Below, piece after piece: positions 41,275 to 46,029 of a stretch of 46,029 nt of DNA (positions are counted from its first letter, which is position 1; each line of letters begins with the position of its first letter). A program made the position numbers and the translations under genes. This DNA is from a virus. The stretch is taken from IMG/VR virus record IMGVR_UViG_3300045988_085935. One strand, given 5' to 3'. The notes beneath the pieces were generated by a model, which saw only the letters and a list, made by a program, of their open reading frames with translations, did no database searches and was not told the DNA's origin.

Positions 41275-42152
41275 AGCTGTTTCGAAAGATATCTGAATGG
41301 GAATGGTATGACGATCCGGTCACGTTTAAGGTCTTTCTTCACTTCCTTATTACTGCAAGATGGCAAGACGGAAGCTGGCACGGCATCGAAATTAAGAGGG
41401 GCGAAGTGCTTGAATCGCTGCCTTCTATCGCACAAAAGAACGGTTTAACAGTACAGAACGTGCGGACAGCAATTCAGCATTTGCTTAACACAAACAGTAT
41501 CACAATCAGAAAGTCCGGAAGATGCCATGTTTACAGGGTTTCTGAGTATGAGAAGTATCAAGGCCAACCGGATTATAAACAGGAAAGTAACAGGGAGGTA
41601 ACAGAAAACCAACAGAAAGGTAACAGGGAAGTAACAGAAAACCAACAGAAAGGTAACAGGGAAGTAACAGCACATAAAGAAAGTAAAGAAAGTAAAGAAA
41701 GTAAAGAAGGTAAGAAGGAAAGAGTTTTAAGAGAATCTAAAGATTCTCTTTCCCAGAGCGATCAGATCGCTCATGGGATGGAAGCCAACGTGGAAGCAAT
41801 CCCTCTTACAGACGGTACCGAGTGGAGACCGACCGTATCCGAGTATGACGAGTATTGCAGGCTGTACCCCTCCGTAGATGTTTTTGATTCGTTCCGGAGG
41901 ATGAGGGCATGGAGTTTATCAAACCCGACGAAGAAAAAGACCAGGAACGGAGTGAAGCGGTTCGTTAATACGTGGCTCAGCAAAGAGCAGGACAACAGCG
42001 GGAAGGTATCCACAAGGGGGAGTGGGTCGGCATACATAGATGCAATTCACAACCGCATGGATGTGGTCGATCGTTGGCTGGAAAGGACAGAAGGAGATGA
42101 CAAAGCAGGAGTTTACAACGCTGGTGAGGGGGATGAAGGCCGCGTATTCTGA
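41271..42152 (+). CDS. Replication initiator/replisome organizer with internal tandem repeats
   Basis: ATGA-coupled start. The N-terminal winged-helix pattern YMKLFRKISEWEWYDDPVTFKVFLHFLITARWQD...IKRGEVLESLPSIAQKNGLTVQNVRTAIQHL is typical of phage DnaD-like organizers. Confidence 0.6.
   Translation: MKLFRKISEWEWYDDPVTFKVFLHFLITARWQDGSWHGIEIKRGEVLESLPSIAQKNGLTVQNVRTAIQHLLNTNSITIRKSGRCHVYRVSEYEKYQGQPDYKQESNREVTENQQKGNREVTENQQKGNREVTAHKESKESKESKEGKKERVLRESKDSLSQSDQIAHGMEANVEAIPLTDGTEWRPTVSEYDEYCRLYPSVDVFDSFRRMRAWSLSNPTKKKTRNGVKRFVNTWLSKEQDNSGKVSTRGSGSAYIDAIHNRMDVVDRWLERTEGDDKAGVYNAGEGDEGRVF
41587..41714 (+). repeat. Iteron-like tandem repeats inside the initiator gene
   Basis: A 33-bp unit GTAACAGGGARGTAACAGAAAACCAACAGAAAG occurs 2.5 times (41587-41670), followed by GAAAGTAAA three times plus one degenerate copy (41679-41714). 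GTAACAG occurs six times with 11/22-bp spacing. Confidence 0.85.
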
Positions 42153-42672
42153 CCCGAAGTTCTTACCGGATGAATATGCGGTCACGGTTTGGTACGGGAT
42201 GCTGAAAGACATTCCGTACAAGGATGCAAGCAAGGCAATAACAGACATCATGAGAACATCACCATATCCACCAACGATTGCGGATATCACGCAAAAGGTC
42301 TATCAGGCTAACGCAAGAGAAGAAATGAGCTGCCCGGAAGCGTGGAGCTATGTTCGGAAAGCGATCCAGAACAGCAATTACAACAGCGAACAGGAGTTTG
42401 CAAAGCTGCCTAGAAGCGTGCAGAAGGCAATAGGGACATCGGATAACCTGAAAGAGCTTGCGGCAATGGATGCGCAGACGGTGGAGACCGTGGAGCAGTC
42501 ACATTTTATCCGAGCATACAGAGCCGTTCTGGACAGGGAGCGGATGGACGAGCAGGCCAACCTTCCAACACTGCTTGAAAAGAAAAGGGCAGAAGAAAAG
42601 CGATTGGAGAAAGTGAGAGAAGACGAGAAGCGTTTCCTTACTGAGCTTCTGGCAGAAGGAGATCCGGCATGA
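42097..42672 (+). CDS. Putative helicase loader (G39P-like)
   Basis: GAAGGAG SD before ATG 42097. ...FTTLVRGMKAAYSDPKFLPDEYAVTVWYGMLKDIPY...PYPPTIADI resembles the SPP1 G39P loader family. Confidence 0.45.
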   Translation: MTKQEFTTLVRGMKAAYSDPKFLPDEYAVTVWYGMLKDIPYKDASKAITDIMRTSPYPPTIADITQKVYQANAREEMSCPEAWSYVRKAIQNSNYNSEQEFAKLPRSVQKAIGTSDNLKELAAMDAQTVETVEQSHFIRAYRAVLDRERMDEQANLPTLLEKKRAEEKRLEKVREDEKRFLTELLAEGDPA

Positions 42673-43052
42673 CCGACACAGAAATCATTACATTCTGCCG
42701 AAACTGCAAGAAAGACAGTCTGGATTGCCCGATGGCAGCAGGAGACTACGACAGGGCCGTTGAGCTTAACTGCTGTGGACAGCAGAAGGATATCGTGATC
42801 ATTGAGCAGAAGCTAACCGGAATCGAGCTGAAGAGAGCCAAGAACCGGGAATACGAGCGGAAGGCAAGAGCAGCGAATCCGGAGAAGTTCAGAGCCAGAC
42901 AGAAAGCATGGCAGGACAAGCACCGAGAAGAGCAGAAGGCCAAGAAGAGGGCGCACTACAAAGCACACCGGGAGGAGATCCTTGCAAGGAAGAAGGAGTT
43001 AGCACGGATGAGAGCACAGAACACTTGCTGTGAGAGCGACAGGCAGGCCTAG
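42669..43052 (+). CDS. Hypothetical Cys-containing, highly basic protein
   Basis: ATGA-coupled. CRNC...C...CC N-terminus followed by a K/R/E-rich helix. Confidence 0.5.
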   Translation: MTDTEIITFCRNCKKDSLDCPMAAGDYDRAVELNCCGQQKDIVIIEQKLTGIELKRAKNREYERKARAANPEKFRARQKAWQDKHREEQKAKKRAHYKAHREEILARKKELARMRAQNTCCESDRQA

Positions 43053-43153
43053 AATCGTTTTTTTATTGTTCGGACGATAGTTTATAGGGGTACGAGGGCA
43101 AAACGCGATTTTAGGGCAATTATACAAACTGTACCAATGGGACAGAAAGGAGG

Positions 43154-43672
43154 ATGAAAGTGCCGGTCATTGAAGATGAAAAATGGAAGAATGTCAAAGG
43201 GTATAGAGGGGTATACCAAGTTAGTACATGGGGAAGAGTAAGGAAAAAGACAAACGGAAAAATAAAGATCATGGAACAGGAGGACAACGGACACAAGTAC
43301 ATGATTGTTTGTCTTAGTAAAAACGGAAAAAGGAAAAATCATTACGTTCACAGATTGGTTGCAGAAGCATTTATTAAAAATCCAAGTGGGAAAAAACAAG
43401 TCAATCATTTGGATTATGACAGGAAAAATAACAATGTCCTCAATTTGGAGTGGTGTACACCATCAGAAAATATAACGTACTCTTTGCGAAACAGAAAGCG
43501 CGACCACATAACGAAACCCGGAATGACTGGCGAAAAGTACATAATGTTCAGACCGGGAAAAAACAAATACAGGGTTTGTATTCAGCAAAAGAAACTGTGT
43601 GTAGATAGACAATTTAAGACAATCCAAGAGGCTATTAGTTTTCGCGACAAGGTTGTAAGAGAGTATGCATAG
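43154..43672 (+). CDS. HNH homing endonuclease (NUMOD4-like N-terminus plus HNH_3)
   Basis: EKWKNVKGYRGVYQVSTWGRVR is NUMOD4-like. HYVHRLVAEAFIKNP...VNHLDYDRKNNNVLNLEWCTPSEN is HNH_3-like. The gene is AT-rich and preceded by a 100-bp spacer. Confidence 0.88.
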   Translation: MKVPVIEDEKWKNVKGYRGVYQVSTWGRVRKKTNGKIKIMEQEDNGHKYMIVCLSKNGKRKNHYVHRLVAEAFIKNPSGKKQVNHLDYDRKNNNVLNLEWCTPSENITYSLRNRKRDHITKPGMTGEKYIMFRPGKNKYRVCIQQKKLCVDRQFKTIQEAISFRDKVVREYA

Positions 43673-43973
43673 TATTATCAAGGGCGATGAAAAAAATAGG
43701 TGCTATATATGTGGAAAATATGGTGAAATGCAGACCCACCATTTATTGCATGGCACAGCCAATCGGAAGCAAGCAGAGAAGTACGGGTTGAAAGTCCACT
43801 TGTGCCACGACTGCCACATGAGATTGCACGACAAGGAAAAATTTGACAGGGCATTACAGTACATAGCACAGGAAAGTTTTGAAAAGAATTTCGGACATGA
43901 AGAGTGGATGAAAGTTTTTGGAAAAAATTACTTTTTGGAGGATGAAGGGAATGACACATTACGAATCAATTGA
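43665..43973 (+). CDS. HNH-type zinc-binding nuclease-like protein
   Basis: CYICG...THHLLHG.ANRKQAEKYGLKVHLCHDCHMRLH. Confidence 0.5.
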   Translation: MHSIIKGDEKNRCYICGKYGEMQTHHLLHGTANRKQAEKYGLKVHLCHDCHMRLHDKEKFDRALQYIAQESFEKNFGHEEWMKVFGKNYFLEDEGNDTLRIN

Positions 43974-44400
43974 TCCGGACAAGGTGAAAGAAATTTTTGC
44001 AAGATCTTTTGCAATTGATAAAAGGACAGGCAAGATTAAAGCTTGTATTGAGTTGGACTGTGGAAATTGTTTGTTTAATCATGTTAATTCTAATGCTCCT
44101 TGTCGTGTGGCAAGAATGAAGTGGCTTGATCAGCCCGCGGTTGATCCGGAAAAAGATATTGATTGGTCAAAGGTTCCTGTTGATACGCCGGTTATGGTTT
44201 GGAATTTCGAAGATCACTTGTATAAGAGATATTTTTCTGGGATAAAGGATGAACGTTTTGGTACGTATGTAGGCGGTTGCACATCATGGAGCATAACTGA
44301 TAATAAAACTGATAATAAAATTATCTATTGGCCTCACTGCAATCTTTATCGCCCGGAGGACGTAGAAAAGTACAGAAAGAAGGACACCGAAAATGGATAA
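43951..44400 (+). CDS. Hypothetical protein with the four-Cys/WL module
   Basis: GGAGG lies 9 nt before ATG 43951. CIELDCGNCLFNHVNSNAPCRVARMKWL. Confidence 0.5.
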   Translation: MTHYESIDPDKVKEIFARSFAIDKRTGKIKACIELDCGNCLFNHVNSNAPCRVARMKWLDQPAVDPEKDIDWSKVPVDTPVMVWNFEDHLYKRYFSGIKDERFGTYVGGCTSWSITDNKTDNKIIYWPHCNLYRPEDVEKYRKKDTENG

Positions 44401-44554
44401 AACGAAGATAAAGCAGCTCTTCTGCAATCACGATTATATCTGCAAAGGTGGTGATTTTGATGCAGAAGGAAAAGTGATCAGATGCTATTTGCGGTGTAGA
44501 AAGTGTGGGAAGGTGAAAAAGGTAAACGGGCCTTTTAAGGAGGGAGTGCTTTGA
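44393..44554 (+). CDS. Small zinc-ribbon-like protein (53 aa, below the ORF-track cutoff)
   Basis: MDKTKIKQLFCNHDYICKGGDFDAEGKVIRCYLRCRKCGKVKKVNGPFKEGVL. Bridges two genes with overlaps at both ends. Confidence 0.45.
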   Translation: MDKTKIKQLFCNHDYICKGGDFDAEGKVIRCYLRCRKCGKVKKVNGPFKEGVL

Positions 44555-45240
44555 AAGCGTTTTGTTTATTTGAGCAGTCTGGGACTTTCAAGAATGCCTT
44601 TCGCAAATATGGTGTTGAAGCAGAAGATTATGACATTCTAAATGACTTCGGCCAGACAGACCATGTTGTTGACATCTTCTCAGAGATCGAGGAGGGATAC
44701 GAAGGAAAGCCTAGCATATTTGACCAGATTGGGAAGAATGATATCTGCATGGCATTTTTTCCTTGTACCAGGTTCGAAGCAAATATTTCGATGTCGATGA
44801 GAGGTGAAGCATATCAGCAGAAGAAGTGGACAGATATACAGAAATTGGAATGCTGCATCTCTCTACAGAAAGAGCTGAACGAACTATATATCTTGCTCAG
44901 CAAGATGACCATCATCAGTCTGAGAAAAGGATTCCCGATGATCATCGAAAATCCATACACACAGCCGCATTACTTGCGGACATATTGGTGCATGAAACCG
45001 GCTTTAATTGATCTGGACAGAACAGAAAATGGTGATTATTACAAAAAGCCAACACAATACTGGTTTTTGAATTGCAAGCCGGAGCAGAACCTTGTTTTTG
45101 AACCAATTGAGTATGTGAAAGTAAGGAATATTAGCAACACAAAAGGGACTGAAAACACAACCAGAAAGGTTGAGCGGTCGCTGATGCATCCGCAGTATGC
45201 GGATAGATTTATACGTCAGTACATTTTGAAGGAGGAATAG
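44551..45240 (+). CDS. Short C5-cytosine-methyltransferase-like protein (TTG start)
   Basis: GGAGGG lies 6 nt before TTG 44551. LFEQSGTF, FFPCTRF and IIENP occur at spacings resembling C5-MTase motifs I, IV and VI. No recognisable target-recognition domain or motifs IX-X. Confidence 0.4.
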   Translation: MKAFCLFEQSGTFKNAFRKYGVEAEDYDILNDFGQTDHVVDIFSEIEEGYEGKPSIFDQIGKNDICMAFFPCTRFEANISMSMRGEAYQQKKWTDIQKLECCISLQKELNELYILLSKMTIISLRKGFPMIIENPYTQPHYLRTYWCMKPALIDLDRTENGDYYKKPTQYWFLNCKPEQNLVFEPIEYVKVRNISNTKGTENTTRKVERSLMHPQYADRFIRQYILKEE

Positions 45241-45275
45241 TGGAAAAATGGTTGTAGCAACTGGAAGGAGAGAAA

Positions 45276-45497
45276 ATGAAGCGGTTTGAAAAATACAGTT
45301 TTGAAGAGGTGGTTAGTGCAACGCCCCCGGGCTTTGCACATCCGGCGGTAGTAAACGGCAGACTGGACGAGTGTAAAAACGTGAAATGTGCAAATTGCGA
45401 TCTTCATAAAGCCGCTGAAAAAGATCGTATACCGTGCGCTCTGCAATTCATCAGGTGGCTGTGTTCAGACGAGGATCAAGCTGGAGGTGGAAGATGA
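45276..45497 (+). CDS. Hypothetical protein with the four-Cys/WL module
   Basis: GGAAGGAGAG SD. CKNVKCANCDLHKAAEKDRIPCALQFIRWL. Confidence 0.5.
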   Translation: MKRFEKYSFEEVVSATPPGFAHPAVVNGRLDECKNVKCANCDLHKAAEKDRIPCALQFIRWLCSDEDQAGGGR

Positions 45498-45763
45498 ATA
45501 AGAAAATGGTATTTGCCTGCGAATATTGTGGGCTTGAATTCGACAATGAAGCCGATTGCGAGGAGCACGAAAAAACTCACATCAAGGATTATTCTGAATC
45601 ATCAAATAAGGACATCGCAAAAGAATTAGATCGTTTAAGTCTGATTGCTTATGACTATCGAATTGGGGATAGCGTGATGGGTATGCCCGTCACTAACTTC
45701 GAGAATCTTATGCGTGAAGCTGCCAGGAGGTTAGCAGTTTACTGGAGCGGCTGTTTTTTATAA
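45494..45763 (+). CDS. Protein with a C2H2-type zinc-finger spacing
   Basis: GGAGGTGG SD and ATGA coupling. CEYCGLEFDNEADCEEHEKTH is C-x2-C-x12-H-x3-H. Confidence 0.55.
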   Translation: MNKKMVFACEYCGLEFDNEADCEEHEKTHIKDYSESSNKDIAKELDRLSLIAYDYRIGDSVMGMPVTNFENLMREAARRLAVYWSGCFL

Positions 45764-45905
45764 CGAAGATTGGTATTGGTACTCAAGCACTACACAAGAC
45801 ATCCTAGCAGAATACGGAGAATGCGAAGGAGAACGTATAAGAGGGATAGAAATCACCGCGTGGATGCCTTTACCAGAGCCGTACAAGGAGGAAAACAATG
45901 AGTGA
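45735..45905 (+). pseudogene. Start-less DUF551-like C-terminal fragment
   Basis: Open frame ...YNEDWYWYSSTTQDILAEYGECEGERIRGIEITAWMPLPEPYKEENNE with no ATG, GTG or TTG. It is +1 relative to the upstream gene, which ends at a T6 run (45754-45759). Confidence 0.5.
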
Positions 45906-46029
45906 TTTTAGATGGATTCCGGTAGAGGTGAGATTACCAAAACTGTATGAAACAGTCATCGTCACTACATCCGCGAATGCGGTGACGACTGCATTTATGA
46001 ATGATGATCAAAAATGGAGATACCTTGAA
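45898..46029 (+). CDS. DUF551-like protein, N-terminal part (continues at base 99 of the window)
   Basis: ATG 45898 overlaps the fragment's stop. MSDFRWIPVEVRLPKLYETVIV... Confidence 0.7.
   Translation, partial: MSDFRWIPVEVRLPKLYETVIVTTSANAVTTAFMNDDQKWRYLE
45932..46029. repeat. Terminal direct repeat, identical to 1-98
   Basis: Exact identity read from the sequence. Confidence 0.95.

Larger units (their letters stand above)
1..46029. mobile_element. Complete temperate phage genome (integrase plus attP, CI/Cro-like switch, packaging, structural, lysis and replication modules)
   Basis: Full set of phage modules is present. The exact 98-bp end duplication implies a circular or closed genome. 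Genes are dense and translationally coupled. Confidence 0.9.

Noticed and set aside
1-46029. A CRISPR array, rRNA genes or transposase/IS elements
   Set aside because: No regularly spaced identical repeats with unique spacers, no rRNA-like segments and no transposase-like ORFs were seen. All repeats found are short operator-, iteron- or att-type repeats.

Overview
The window is one complete, circularly closed temperate phage genome. About 45.9 kb is unique, and bases 1-98 are repeated exactly at 45932-46029. Strong GGAGG-type ribosome-binding sites and the gene families present point to a Firmicutes/Clostridia host.

Gene order, mostly on the + strand:
- small zinc-ribbon and early genes
- SSB plus a block of nucleotide-pool enzymes (HAD-like, dUTPase, MazG-like, DUF4406-like)
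- a minus-strand accessory operon (J-domain protein, secreted protein, small ORFs) with a divergent RHH regulator
- TerS-like gene, a repeat-rich candidate packaging site, TerL, portal, scaffold and major capsid
- two large proteins that could be a podovirus-type adaptor and nozzle; no tape measure, tube or sheath was recognised
- a mosaic tail-fibre module
- three PFYPCRGGG paralogs carrying poly-G tracts
- a terminator-insulated secreted-protein moron
- holin plus GH25 endolysin
- a 363-aa Q/N-rich protein and a 2333-aa giant protein
- a Cys-rich accessory cassette with its own XRE regulator
- attP carrying a tRNA 3' fragment, next to a tyrosine integrase
- a CI/Cro-like switch
- a recombination/replication module (Erf, NinB-like, RusA, an initiator with internal iterons, a loader)
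- a free-standing HNH homing endonuclease, a short C5-methyltransferase-like protein, and DUF551 genes

Best leads:
1. G9 homopolymers at the 5' ends of paralogous genes distal to the tail fibres; one copy is out of frame.
2. A possible RAMP-like protein followed by a 567-bp purine-skewed non-coding tract.
3. The Cys-rich, BclA-C-like cassette beside attP.
4. The giant protein placed after the lysis genes.
5. The repeat-dense TerS-TerL spacer.

All functional calls come from motif recognition by eye. No database search was possible.
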